A DNA stretch of 64,000 nucleotides from an uncultured Desulfatitalea sp. (GTDB lineage Bacteria; Desulfobacterota; Desulfobacteria; Desulfobacterales; Desulfosarcinaceae): assembly GCA_963668675.2 (NCBI GenBank), contig CAXXMB010000001.1, positions 256,001 to 320,000 on the forward strand, read 5' to 3'. The first letter of the stretch is position 1; each line of letters begins with the position of its first letter. This document shows positions 9,224 through 18,853 of the stretch, one piece after another. The position numbers were made by a program, and so were the translations under genes. The notes under the pieces are model-generated. The model made no database searches. It had not been told where the DNA came from and worked only from the letters and a program-made list of their open reading frames with translations.

Positions 9224-10159
9224 CTATCCGTCTTCCTTCATTGGATAGCGATTGCCGGCATAGTAGTCGATCATGCGGTTCACCTTGTTGCGACGCAGCA
9301 GCCGCAACACAAATGTCACTGCGGTCGCCAGTGGTGCGATGATAAAGACGGCCGTGAGCAGGTATCCGATAAACAATCGAAGTCTGAAGTGCCTGGCCGG
9401 GTCGCCGGCTTCACCGCCGCGTCGGATAAACTCAGCCCAAACATTGAAAATTTTAAGAATGCGCTGTTCGAACAGGATATAGGAGGGGACCACATTTACG
9501 GCGCCTATCCGATTCAATCGTTCCTGCAGATCCTTCCAACGGCCCTGGTGCAGCGCTTCGTGCAACGGTGTGCCAAACCGTTCGGCCGCTGAGATGTCCT
9601 CCTCCGAGATGCCCGGTTTGGGGAAAAGTTTTAAGAAGCGCTCCTTGCGGCCGCTCAATAGCCAGGCAGATATGGTAATGACCCCCAACAGGTTCGGCGC
9701 CCGGTCCATGAGAACGATGTTTCCGGCCGGGGTTCCGCCACGGTGGACGATTCCTGCCTTTACCCTTTCATGGGCCTGCAACCACATGTTTCTGCAGCCG
9801 ATGATCGTCATGACCGGTCGGTCTTTCATCACCTGTGCCGCTTCGGGGCTTTGAAGGAAGGCGGTCACGGGTGTGCTGGGCGACAGATACCACACCTGAT
9901 AGGCGAGGACGATGCCGTCATAATCATCTTTGGGGTCGAATTGGAACGGTTTGAGCCGGCAGGGAGTGCCTTGCAGCGACTCGGGAAAGACGTCGGCAAA
10001 ACGCAATGCCGTCCAGGGAAAGGGGTAGGGGGGATCGGGACGCAGCTCTTCAAACACCAACTTGATTTGATCGTCGTCGGCGAGGGTCTTGAGCACCGAA
10101 CGAACGATTTGCGTCAGTTGCCCGGATTGGGAGTAGTAAACAACCAGCAGTTTTTTCAT
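9224..10159 (-). CDS. darA: Dialkylresorcinol condensing enzyme/aromatase DarA
   Basis: YYSQSGQL, PYPFPW...F.DVFPES, YQVWYLSPS and GCRNMW motifs. Confidence 0.88.
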   Translation of the reverse strand: MKKLLVVYYSQSGQLTQIVRSVLKTLADDDQIKLVFEELRPDPPYPFPWTALRFADVFPESLQGTPCRLKPFQFDPKDDYDGIVLAYQVWYLSPSTPVTAFLQSPEAAQVMKDRPVMTIIGCRNMWLQAHERVKAGIVHRGGTPAGNIVLMDRAPNLLGVITISAWLLSGRKERFLKLFPKPGISEEDISAAERFGTPLHEALHQGRWKDLQERLNRIGAVNVVPSYILFEQRILKIFNVWAEFIRRGGEAGDPARHFRLRLFIGYLLTAVFIIAPLATAVTFVLRLLRRNKVNRMIDYYAGNRYPMKEDG

Positions 10160-10418
10160 TCTTTAAACATCAACGGTCGCCACGGAGCGTTGGACATCTG
10201 AAAGGATTGCACGCTCCGGCGGCTTTCCTGCCCCTTCCAACTGCTTTCTCGCTGACCTTATAATGAAAATAAGGTAAACCCATGTCAAATAGCGAAAGTT
10301 GGCCGAATTGTCAAACGACCATTTAGAGAAAGGGGTACGGTTATTCGGATTGAGGTAAAAAAAGGCGCAACCGCTGCTGCGATTGCGCTCACGACTGTTG
10401 ACTTTAGGTGTCGCCGCC

Positions 10419-10994
10419 TTAAGGCATGATGGCCGTAAGGTAATTTGCCATGATTTTGCCCATGTCGTCGGGGAGTGAACGATCGGACGATCCGGAGGAA
10501 TAGGTCGCCCCCCAGGCATTGACGGAGCTGTTGAGCACCTCTTTGCGAACCTCTTTCCCGGTTGTGCCGTCTATTAACTGCATCGTCAATTCGATGCCGG
10601 AACTACCTGCAAAAACGCCCCCCCACATTCGGGCCATCCCGCTGACAATGCGCAGATCGGTCACTTTTGCCTTCACCAGAAGAGTATCCTTCCTGATTTT
10701 CTGATTTCGTTTCACCATGCCGACCCTGTCGAACAGATTCTTCATTTCAAGGGCCGTTATCATGCTGTGCTGCATGGTTTCGACCGCATTGGGATAATCT
10801 TTGGCAATCTGTGGGGTCGCTTCAAAAGCGTAGCAGAGGATGTCGGTATACTTTTTACTCAGTTTTGCCGCTGAGGCCTGAGGTGTCTGCTCTTCCGGTT
10901 GGGCCTCCTGACCGCCACATGCAGAGAGCATTGCAACCATAAGAATCGTAATACCCCAGATAAGCATCTGTTTCATTCCAAAAGCTCGTTTCAT
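10419..10994 (-). CDS. Lipoprotein, DUF4410-like
   Basis: Lipobox LSAC; RIVSGMARMWGGVFAGSS motif. Start may be ATG 10976. Confidence 0.7.
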   Translation of the reverse strand: MKRAFGMKQMLIWGITILMVAMLSACGGQEAQPEEQTPQASAAKLSKKYTDILCYAFEATPQIAKDYPNAVETMQHSMITALEMKNLFDRVGMVKRNQKIRKDTLLVKAKVTDLRIVSGMARMWGGVFAGSSGIELTMQLIDGTTGKEVRKEVLNSSVNAWGATYSSGSSDRSLPDDMGKIMANYLTAIMP

Positions 10995-11275
10995 TCAGTT
11001 TTCCTCCTTTTCTGGTTGGATCATGAATCAGTACCGAGTTGAACCTCCAACGTAGTGTAACAACACATCTTATAGGTTCGGATCATATCTGAATAAGTTG
11101 AGAAAAAGAAAGGGAAATAATCCGTTTTCCCTCCAAATTGAAAAAGGCATAAAAAATGCCAGGCTGTAAAATAAGTTGACACCCAGTGCGGGTGAAACGG
11201 AAAGTTGTGTTTGTTGGCCGTTATCTAACTATAAATAATTATTATAAAAAATATGAATCCAAAATGCAGCTCAAG

Positions 11276-11290
11276 TGGCATGGCCTTTGC
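11276..11290 (+). promoter_or_regulatory. sigma54 (-24/-12) promoter
   Basis: TGGCAT-GGCCT-TTGC with exact GG-N10-GC spacing and an AT-rich tract just upstream. Confidence 0.7.
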
Positions 11291-11379
11291 CGTGGTAAAG
11301 CAGGGAAAGCAGTCGATGGTTGACCGTTAGGCTCGACCTGGTTGATGCCAATATTTAGCAGAACTAAAAGGAGGGCGGC

Positions 11380-12180
11380 ATGCATAACTTATTTCGCTCC
11401 ATCATCGTTGCATCGGCATTGGGGTCTCTTATTTTGACGGCGGTATTCCCCGCTGCAGCATCGGACGTTTTACGATACAGCAGTTCCGCACAAGTCAGAG
11501 ACGTATTTCACGACGAGAGCCTTAGCCGATTTACAAAAATGAGCGGTATCGAGGTGGATCTCTTCGTCGGATCTTCATCTACGGCGCTGCATCGGCTCTT
11601 CAACGGCGTGTGCGATATCTCCAGCACTGCTGAGCCTCTGGCCCCGTCCCACGCAGATTACGGGTACGTGCAAACGGCTTTTTGCAAAGTGCCGTTGATT
11701 GTGATCACCAATGTTCAAACACCCGTAACCGATATCAGTGAAGCGCAACTGCGCGACATCTTTGCAGGCACCATCACCAACTGGAAGGAGCTTGGCGGTC
11801 CGGATCGGGATATTGTTACTATCGTTCCCGGAAAGGATACGGCCGCTTACAAGAATTTTTCCCTGCTTGCCCTTAAGCGGTTTGAAGTCAAATACGACTT
11901 CATGGCCTATCGATCCACTATGGTTGTCACCGCTGTCCATCGGATCCCCTGGAGCATCTCGTTCATTGCCAAGGGGGCGGCCACCCGCGATAAGGCCGTG
12001 AGGATCATGACGGTGAATGGAAGGTCTTATGCCGATGCGGACTACCCTTACAACCAGACGTTCGCATTCGTGACCAAGGGGGAGCCCGCAGGCGGTGCCA
12101 AGGCGCTGATCGACTACGCTCTGTCGCCGGAAGCTAGAGAGGCGTTTAAAAAGAACGGGATCACCCCTCTGCCCGAGTAG
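11380..12180 (+). CDS. PstS-like periplasmic substrate-binding protein (orphan)
   Basis: Signal peptide, GSS, QLRDIFAGTITNWKELGGPD and YPY motifs; SD AAGGAGG. Confidence 0.8.
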   Translation: MHNLFRSIIVASALGSLILTAVFPAAASDVLRYSSSAQVRDVFHDESLSRFTKMSGIEVDLFVGSSSTALHRLFNGVCDISSTAEPLAPSHADYGYVQTAFCKVPLIVITNVQTPVTDISEAQLRDIFAGTITNWKELGGPDRDIVTIVPGKDTAAYKNFSLLALKRFEVKYDFMAYRSTMVVTAVHRIPWSISFIAKGAATRDKAVRIMTVNGRSYADADYPYNQTFAFVTKGEPAGGAKALIDYALSPEAREAFKKNGITPLPE

Positions 12181-12305
12181 GGAAACGGTGGTTGCGCGTG
12201 CGGGTCCGGTCAGGACGATGGGCGTTGGTTTGGCCCGATTGGATGAACCCGATTGCGAAGAATTGATTGACTTTATTTCGGCAGGTGGTGTAGCAAATCA
12301 GTCGA

Positions 12306-12465
12306 GTCGATCAAGTGGCCCTTGGCCTTGAAAGGGAAGACGGTGAAAATCCGTCGCGGACCCGCCGCCGTAACCGGGGACGAAAGCTGCAATATGCCAC
12401 TGTCATGTATGACGGGAAGGCGCAGCCGTTAGGACGATCCGGAAGCCGGAAGACCTGCTTGGTAT
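12306..12465 (+). ncRNA. Cobalamin (B12) riboswitch
   Basis: AAAGGGAA-gacGGTGaaAATCCgtc, GCCGCCGTAA, GCCACTG...GGGAAGG, AGCCGGAAGACCTGC in canonical order, upstream of btu/cbi genes. Confidence 0.95.
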
Positions 12466-12533
12466 CATATCGCCGATTCAGCCCTTCGTGGTGGGGGGCC
12501 GAGCGGCCATTTCCTGGGATAAAAAACGGTACC

Positions 12534-12566
12534 CCGGACCTGTGTATTCAGGTCCGGTTTTTTTTT
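12534..12566 (+). terminator. Riboswitch expression-platform terminator
   Basis: CCGGACCTG-tgtatt-CAGGTCCGG followed by T9. Confidence 0.9.
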
Positions 12567-12575
12567 GGGGAAGAC

Positions 12576-13634
12576 GTGGGTTGGACTAAATCTCAGTATC
12601 GCCGTTTTCAACGAGTGCCGCTCTGGTCTCTATTGCCGCTTCTGACCCTTGCGCTGGCGGTCGAAATCGTGATCTCCACCGGCGCCGGCTACGTCGAAAT
12701 TCCGCCTGTGGACGTCGCCCGGATCATCGCCGCACACCTGACCGGGGCCGATGGGCTGGTCGCCCAGCTGGATAAGGTGGCTTCCGTTGTGGTCACCGAT
12801 GTGCGGCTGCCGCGGATTCTGACCTCAGTAATAGTGGGAGCCGGGTTGGCCGTCTCGGGTGCCGTGTTTCAGGGCATCCTGCTCAATCCGCTGGCCGATC
12901 CATACACCCTGGGGGTGTCGGCCGGGGCCGCGTTCGGCGCATCCCTGGCCCTTTCGCTCAATCTTGCCCTGTTCGGTCTCTGGCCCGTTCCCCTGTTTGC
13001 CTTTGCCGGCGCCGTGGCAACGCTCATGGTGGTCATCTGGTTGGCTGCCGGCAGCGGCGATCTCTCGTCGGGCAGTTTGATCCTGGCCGGTATCATCGTC
13101 GCTGCCATCCTGTCGGCCGGTGTCAGTTTTCTCAAATACATGGCCGACGAGCAGGTCGGGGTGATCATCTTCTGGTTGATGGGCAGCTTCGCTTCCAAGA
13201 CGTGGCAGGAGGTTTTCATAGCGGCAGTTGCCGTAGGGGCCGGACTGGCTGTCTGCCTCTTTTTCAGCCGTGATCTCAATCTCCTGGCCCTGGGCCATCG
13301 CACCGCCGGTTCACTGGGTGTTGCACCCCGAAAGGTGTCGATGGTTTTGCTGGTGTGCACCTCCCTGATGGCTGCGGTCTGTGTGGCCGTCTCCGGGATC
13401 ATCGGTTTCGTGGGGTTGCTGGTGCCCCACATGGTGCGCTTCGTGACCGGTCCGGACAATCGCCGTTTGATTCCGGCCTCGGCCCTGGCCGGTGCTGCGC
13501 TGCTGCTGCTCGGGGATACGGTCACCCGGGCCGTATTGCCCCAGGAGATTCCCATTGGGGTCATTACGGCGCTCATCGGGGGGCCGGTCTTCTGTTATAT
13601 CTATCGCCGTCGCCATATGCGGCGGCTCATATGA
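12576..13634 (+). CDS. btuC: Corrinoid ABC permease (BtuC/FecCD)
   Basis: VRLPR, NPLADPYTLGVSAGA and GIIGFVGLLVPH. Start moved to GTG 12576, since the track start lies inside the riboswitch. Confidence 0.88.
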   Translation: MGWTKSQYRRFQRVPLWSLLPLLTLALAVEIVISTGAGYVEIPPVDVARIIAAHLTGADGLVAQLDKVASVVVTDVRLPRILTSVIVGAGLAVSGAVFQGILLNPLADPYTLGVSAGAAFGASLALSLNLALFGLWPVPLFAFAGAVATLMVVIWLAAGSGDLSSGSLILAGIIVAAILSAGVSFLKYMADEQVGVIIFWLMGSFASKTWQEVFIAAVAVGAGLAVCLFFSRDLNLLALGHRTAGSLGVAPRKVSMVLLVCTSLMAAVCVAVSGIIGFVGLLVPHMVRFVTGPDNRRLIPASALAGAALLLLGDTVTRAVLPQEIPIGVITALIGGPVFCYIYRRRHMRRLI

Positions 13635-14419
13635 GTCGGGCCATGTATCAGCTGAGCCACATCTCATTTGCATACGGGGAGCGTCAGACGCTCGACGATC
13701 TATCGATCACTTTTGATGCCGGCCACTTCTACGGCATCGTCGGCCCCAACGGCAGCGGCAAGACCACCCTGGTGGATTTGCTCTCCGGGCATCGGCGGCC
13801 GGTAGATGGAGAGATCGCCCTCGATGGGCGCCCGTTGCAAAACTACACCCGCAAGGAGCTGGCGCACCACATCGCCGTGGTGCCCCAGGATTTTCGCATC
13901 AATTTCCCATACACCTGCCGGCAGGTGGTGATGATGGGCCGGTATCCCCGCCTGCCGCGCTTCGCCCCGCCCGGGGATAGTGATCGCGCCGTGGTCGATG
14001 ATGTGCTCGCACGGACCGCCCTCACCGATTTCAGCGAACGCCATGTGGACCGCCTCAGCGGCGGTGAGCGGCAGCGCGTCGTCTTCGCCCGCGGTCTGGC
14101 TCAGCAGACCGATGTGCTGCTTCTCGACGAGGCCACGGCCAGCCTGGACATGCAGCACGCCATTGAGTTGCTCAATTTAGCGGCCCGTCGCGTCGCCACA
14201 GGCGCCACCGTTATTGCCGTGATGCAGGATATCAATTTGGCGGCCATCTATTGCGATCACCTGGTCTGTATCCGGCAAGGGCGGCTGGCGGCGGCAGGCC
14301 CCACCGATCGGGTGTTGACCGCAGAACTGTTACACGAGGTGTTTCGGGTGAATGCCCGGGTGGAGTATCACCCCCATGCCAATGCCCTCCAGGTGGTGTT
14401 CAATCGGGAGATGCCGTGA
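13631..14419 (+). CDS. btuD: Corrinoid ABC ATPase (BtuD-like)
   Basis: GPNGSGKT, LSGGERQR and LLDEAT; ATGA overlap with btuC. Confidence 0.88.
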   Translation: MSRAMYQLSHISFAYGERQTLDDLSITFDAGHFYGIVGPNGSGKTTLVDLLSGHRRPVDGEIALDGRPLQNYTRKELAHHIAVVPQDFRINFPYTCRQVVMMGRYPRLPRFAPPGDSDRAVVDDVLARTALTDFSERHVDRLSGGERQRVVFARGLAQQTDVLLLDEATASLDMQHAIELLNLAARRVATGATVIAVMQDINLAAIYCDHLVCIRQGRLAAAGPTDRVLTAELLHEVFRVNARVEYHPHANALQVVFNREMP

Positions 14420-15420
14420 TGACGGGACGCAGTCAACCGGCATGGGCAGTACTGTGGCTGTGCCTCTTTTTCGGCACGGGGGGGGAGACGCAGGCCGAGG
14501 GGTTGGCCCTGGAGGCGGATGCGATCGTGGATTCCATGGGACACCGGGTGGAGGTCTCTACGCCCTTTCTGCGCATCATCTCCCTCTACGGCGCCCATAC
14601 CGAAAACCTATTCGCCTTGGGAGCCCGGAACCAGGTGGTGGGTGTCTCGCGACACGAGGATTGGCCGCCGGAAGTGCGGTCCAAACCGGTCCACTCCTAT
14701 CACGATGACCTGGAGCGGTTTCTGGCGGCCCGTCCTGATCTTGTCCTGATCCGCCCTATGATCGATCGGGGCTATGCATCCCTGGTCGGCAGATTAAGGG
14801 CGAATGGCATCAGCGTGGTTTCCCTGCAACCCCGTTCAATAGCAGAGATGTTTCTCTACTGGCGCATCCTGGGGAAGCTCTGCGGCCGCGCTGCAGCCGC
14901 CGAAGCCATGGTCGCAACATTCCAGGAGGCCGTCGCCTGTATCGCTTCCCGCACGGCGCCCATCGCCAAGAAGCAGCGCGTCTACTTCGAGGCGATTCAC
15001 AACCGCATGCGCACCTTCGCACCCGATGCCATGGCCATCTTCGCACTGGAGACCGCCGGCGGAATCAATCTGGCTGCCGAAGCCTTCTCCCGCAGGGGAA
15101 CCACCATCGCCGATTATGGCAAGGAGCGCATTCTATCCCAGGGGGAAGAGATCGACGTCTACCTGGCCCAGGTGGGGCCCATGAATCAGCCGACCCTGGA
15201 GACGATCAAAACAGAACCGGGATACGAATTGATCCGCGCGGTTCGTGAAGATCGCATCTTTTTCATCGATGAAAAGCTGGTTTCCCGGCCGACCCGACGG
15301 ATGCTGCTCGGGATCTGTCAGATTGGTCGAATTCTCTATCCTGAACAGTTCATGATTGAAAAGACGCCATCGGGATGTCTGCTGCGGCACTGTCCATCCA
15401 AAGGCAAACAGATGGAGTAA
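14419..15420 (+). CDS. btuF: Corrinoid-binding periplasmic protein (BtuF-like)
   Basis: RIISLYGAHTENLFALG, PDLVL and SRP; class III binding-protein pattern. Confidence 0.82.
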   Translation: MTGRSQPAWAVLWLCLFFGTGGETQAEGLALEADAIVDSMGHRVEVSTPFLRIISLYGAHTENLFALGARNQVVGVSRHEDWPPEVRSKPVHSYHDDLERFLAARPDLVLIRPMIDRGYASLVGRLRANGISVVSLQPRSIAEMFLYWRILGKLCGRAAAAEAMVATFQEAVACIASRTAPIAKKQRVYFEAIHNRMRTFAPDAMAIFALETAGGINLAAEAFSRRGTTIADYGKERILSQGEEIDVYLAQVGPMNQPTLETIKTEPGYELIRAVREDRIFFIDEKLVSRPTRRMLLGICQIGRILYPEQFMIEKTPSGCLLRHCPSKGKQME

Positions 15421-15429
15421 GGAAATGAT

Positions 15430-16158
15430 ATGAAGAAATCTGGTACCCTGTATGGCATCGGCGTTGGACCTGGCGATCCGGATCTGATCCCCGTCAAAGC
15501 CGTTCGCACCCTGGGTTCGGTAGATGTGGTTTTTACGGCAGCCTCAACGCGCAACAACTACTCCCGCGCGCTTGAAATTGTGCGTCACCATCTCTCCGAA
15601 CGCATCGCCATCGATAAGCTGGATTTCCCCATGAGCAAAGACCATGAGGTGATGGAGTGTGCCTGGCGACAGCATGCCACCCGCATCGCCGGTGTGCTCG
15701 AGCAGGGGCGGGATGCGGCCTTCCTCACCCTGGGCGACCCGCTCACCTATTCGACTTACGGCTATATCCTGCGCCACCTGAAAGCGGACTGGCCCGGTCT
15801 TCCCGTTGTGACCATTCCCGGCATCACCTCCTATCAGGCGGCTGCGGCCGCCGTCAATCAGCCGTTGGTCGAGGGGGAAGAGTCTTTGCTCATCCTGTCT
15901 GGCGTTCACGGTGGAGAGCGGTTGCACGAGATGATTCAACCGCCGGACAATGTAGTCTTCCTCAAAGCCTATCGCGATGTCATCGGCATCAGCGAGGCAC
16001 TGGAGCAAACCGGTCTGGCCGAGTGCAGTGTGGCGGTGAGCAACTGCTCAACAGACGAGCAGGTGATCAATACGAACTTGAAAGAATTGGGGAAACAACC
16101 CCCCAACTACTGGACCTTGATCATCGCCAAGCGGAACAAACATGTCTCCAAAAAGTAG
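15430..16158 (+). CDS. cbiL: Cobalt-precorrin-2 C20-methyltransferase
   Basis: GIGVGPGDPDL, FPM, LTLGDPLTYST and PGITS motifs. Confidence 0.92.
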   Translation: MKKSGTLYGIGVGPGDPDLIPVKAVRTLGSVDVVFTAASTRNNYSRALEIVRHHLSERIAIDKLDFPMSKDHEVMECAWRQHATRIAGVLEQGRDAAFLTLGDPLTYSTYGYILRHLKADWPGLPVVTIPGITSYQAAAAAVNQPLVEGEESLLILSGVHGGERLHEMIQPPDNVVFLKAYRDVIGISEALEQTGLAECSVAVSNCSTDEQVINTNLKELGKQPPNYWTLIIAKRNKHVSKK

Positions 16159-17194
16159 TCACACGAAGAGCAAGCGTGCCCTCTGGATTGCACTGGGTGC
16201 TTCGGGAGTGATGGTGGGCTTTGGCCTCTGTCTCATCGAAGGCATTACCCTGTCGCTGGCTACACGACGCATGGTATGGCCCCTGTTGCGGCTGCTTTTT
16301 TTTATTACGATCGGATTGGCGTTGGGGCAGGTGATCGAAACGACCGGGTGGACCCGCACACTGGGTCGTCTGGGGGCACCGCTCTTCCGTTTTTCCAGGC
16401 TGGGGTCGCGCTGCAGCGCTGCTTTTACGACGGCGTTTATATCGGGGACAGCGGCCAACGCCATGCTCTACGACTTCTGGAGGGAGGATCGTATTGACCG
16501 GCGTCAGCTTTTTCTGACAAACCTTGCTAACCAGCTGCCGGCCTTTTTTCTTCATCTGCCGACCACGGTTTTTATTGTGCTGCCCCTTACCGGGTGGGCA
16601 GGCGGTCTCTACTTTTTACTTACTTTATTAGCGGCTGCTTTGCGCGTGGCTGTAGTATTGATTGTGGCGCGCTGGTGGTTGCCTGCCGGGGAAGTGGAGA
16701 TGTCAGATAAAAGAGAGGGGGAGCTCAAGAAAAGAGAGGGAGGTGAATATTGGCAGGTTATGAAAGAGAAGCTTCCCCGTCGGTTGGCCAATGTAGCCAC
16801 CTACGTGGTGCCGATCTACATCGCTGTTTTTTTGCTCAACCATGCCGGCCTCTTTGAATGGACGCGAAAATGGCTGGCGCATGGTGTCACCGATGCTTTG
16901 GTCCCGGTCGAATCCCTCTCGCTGGTGGTGTTGAGTTTTGCGGCTGAGTTTACTTCCGGATTTGCAACGGCGGGTGCCCTGCTTCAACAGGGAGTGTTGA
17001 CCGTGAAAGAGGCTGCTCTGGCGCTGCTTATCGGGAATATCGTTGCCTTTCCCATTCGCGCATTGAGGCATCAACTGCCGCGCCTGATGGGGATCTTTGC
17101 GCCGGTTATGGGGATGCAGCTTCTGCTGCTGGGGCAAGGGTGTCGGATTATGAGTTTGGTGATTGCAGGGAGCGTTTATTATCTTTTCTTTTGA
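16142..17194 (+). CDS. Membrane protein with nucleoside-recognition Gate-like domains
   Basis: Multiple TM helices; AFISGTAANAML, FFLHLPT and RALRHQLP; overlaps cbiL by 17 nt. Confidence 0.7.
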   Translation: MSPKSSHTKSKRALWIALGASGVMVGFGLCLIEGITLSLATRRMVWPLLRLLFFITIGLALGQVIETTGWTRTLGRLGAPLFRFSRLGSRCSAAFTTAFISGTAANAMLYDFWREDRIDRRQLFLTNLANQLPAFFLHLPTTVFIVLPLTGWAGGLYFLLTLLAAALRVAVVLIVARWWLPAGEVEMSDKREGELKKREGGEYWQVMKEKLPRRLANVATYVVPIYIAVFLLNHAGLFEWTRKWLAHGVTDALVPVESLSLVVLSFAAEFTSGFATAGALLQQGVLTVKEAALALLIGNIVAFPIRALRHQLPRLMGIFAPVMGMQLLLLGQGCRIMSLVIAGSVYYLFF

Positions 17195-17243
17195 CCTAAC
17201 TGTTGAATTTGCGGAGCCGGCGGGATCATTCGGAGGTAGAACG

Positions 17244-18629
17244 ATTAAGGGGATTGTCATAGCGGGGACTCACAGTGGCGTGGGAAAGACGACGGTGGCT
17301 TTGGGGCTTATGGCGGCGTTGTGCCGGCGTGGGCTGTCGGTGGCGCCGTTCAAGGTGGGGCCGGATTTTATTGATCCGGGGCATCATGCCCAGGTGACCG
17401 GTACGGTCAGCCGGAACCTCGATGGGTGGATGTTGAGCAGGGAGTATAATCGGGCCTGTTTTGCTCAGCATGCGCGTAAGGCGGATGTGGCGGTGGTTGA
17501 AGGGGTCATGGGGCTTTTTGATGGTTTCAGCGGTCGCAGTGAGGAGGGATCGACTGCCCAGATGGCCAAGTGGCTCGGGCTTCCGGTGTTGCTGGTAGTC
17601 AATGCTGCCAGTATGGCGCGCAGTGCCGCTGCGCTGCTTCAGGGTTTCGAACGCTTTGATGCGGATGTGACGTTTGCGGGCGAGCTGTTCAACCATCTGG
17701 CCAGCGAATCCCATTTGGCGTACCTGGAAGAGGCCATGGCGGAATATGTGGAGATGCCGTTGCTTGGCGGAATTCTGAGGGAAGAGCGGTTGGTGATGCC
17801 CGAGCGACATCTGGGATTGATGACGGCTGAGGAGCTGGTCCTCTCCGAGGATGATTGCGCCAGGCTGGCGGATTGTATTGAAGATGCTATCGATTTGGAC
17901 GCCCTGTTGGCAGTGCTGCCTGAGATTGAAGCGGCCCCGGAGGGTAAGGTGGACGGTTGCCGGCAACGATCGTCGGCAGTTCGCATCGGCGTGGCCAGGG
18001 ACAGCGTCTTTTGCTTCTACTACGCGGACAATCTCGATCTGCTTGCCGGGGCAGGGGCTGAAGTGGTGCCCTTTTCTCCGCTGATCGACAATGGGTTGCC
18101 CGAACGGCTGGACGGCATCTATATCGGCGGCGGATACCCGGAGCTGCATGGCGGGCAGTTGGCGGCCAATGACGCCATGCGCCGGTCGATCCGGGCTTGC
18201 AGCCGGGCGGGCATGCCCATCTATGCCGAGTGCGGTGGTTTCATGTACCTTTGCCGAGCGCTTGAGGATCGCGAAGGAGATGTCCACTCCATGTGCGGCG
18301 TTTTTCCTTTTCGTACCCGGATGAATGCCCGGCTGAGGCGCCTTGGATATCGCGAGGTGCGCTTGGGCGATGATACGGTCATCGGAGGTAAGGATGAGGT
18401 TGTGCGCGGTCACGAATTTCACTACTCCGATTTTGTCTCGACCGAACCGTCCGAGAAGATATCTACCGCATACACGGTGACTGGTAGCAGGGGGGTAACG
18501 GCCAAAGCGGAGGGGTATCAGGTCCAGCGTACACTGGGCAGTTACGTTCACCTGCATTTTGGCAGCAGGCCGGTGTGTGCGACGGCATTTGTCGGGGCGT
18601 GCCGGGCGTACCGGCAGCAATTTAAATGA
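17244..18629 (+). CDS. cbiA: Cobyrinate a,c-diamide synthase (probable ATT start)
   Basis: GTHSGVGKT, KVGPDFIDP, EGVMGLFDG, ERHLGL, AECGG and GHEFHYS. Confidence 0.92.
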   Translation: MKGIVIAGTHSGVGKTTVALGLMAALCRRGLSVAPFKVGPDFIDPGHHAQVTGTVSRNLDGWMLSREYNRACFAQHARKADVAVVEGVMGLFDGFSGRSEEGSTAQMAKWLGLPVLLVVNAASMARSAAALLQGFERFDADVTFAGELFNHLASESHLAYLEEAMAEYVEMPLLGGILREERLVMPERHLGLMTAEELVLSEDDCARLADCIEDAIDLDALLAVLPEIEAAPEGKVDGCRQRSSAVRIGVARDSVFCFYYADNLDLLAGAGAEVVPFSPLIDNGLPERLDGIYIGGGYPELHGGQLAANDAMRRSIRACSRAGMPIYAECGGFMYLCRALEDREGDVHSMCGVFPFRTRMNARLRRLGYREVRLGDDTVIGGKDEVVRGHEFHYSDFVSTEPSEKISTAYTVTGSRGVTAKAEGYQVQRTLGSYVHLHFGSRPVCATAFVGACRAYRQQFK

Positions 18630-18853
18630 AAGTGAGGTGCCAGGGATGTTTTTTTATTGGCGTATTCAGCAGGATTTGAGCTGTCTGGGAGAGTATCTTA
18701 TCTTTCGGGATCCGGGACTCTCCAGGTGCTGGCAGGCGTGGATGCGGCGCAATGCCGCCGGCATTGTTTTGGCAGAAGATTGGGGCTTGGATTCCAACGA
18801 CAGGTCACATCTGAATTGAAGGTTCGAACGTTCAGATTGGGAAGGGGCGACAG

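Noticed and set aside
10183..10218. 8-bp stem CGGAGCGT/ACGCTCCG in the darA leader
   Set aside because: Large loop, no U-tract and no known riboswitch motif; insufficient evidence.
12315..12575. N-terminal extension of the BtuC ORF
   Set aside because: It runs through the riboswitch and terminator; GTG 12576 is the plausible start.
17226..18620. 464-aa minus-strand ORF (likewise 21544-22710 and 25200-26405)
   Set aside because: Antisense shadows of well-supported cbi/cob genes.
18646..18819. 57-aa ORF with a GAGGTG SD between cbiA and cbiC
   Set aside because: No recognisable motif or TM; cannot be supported, though a microprotein is not excluded.
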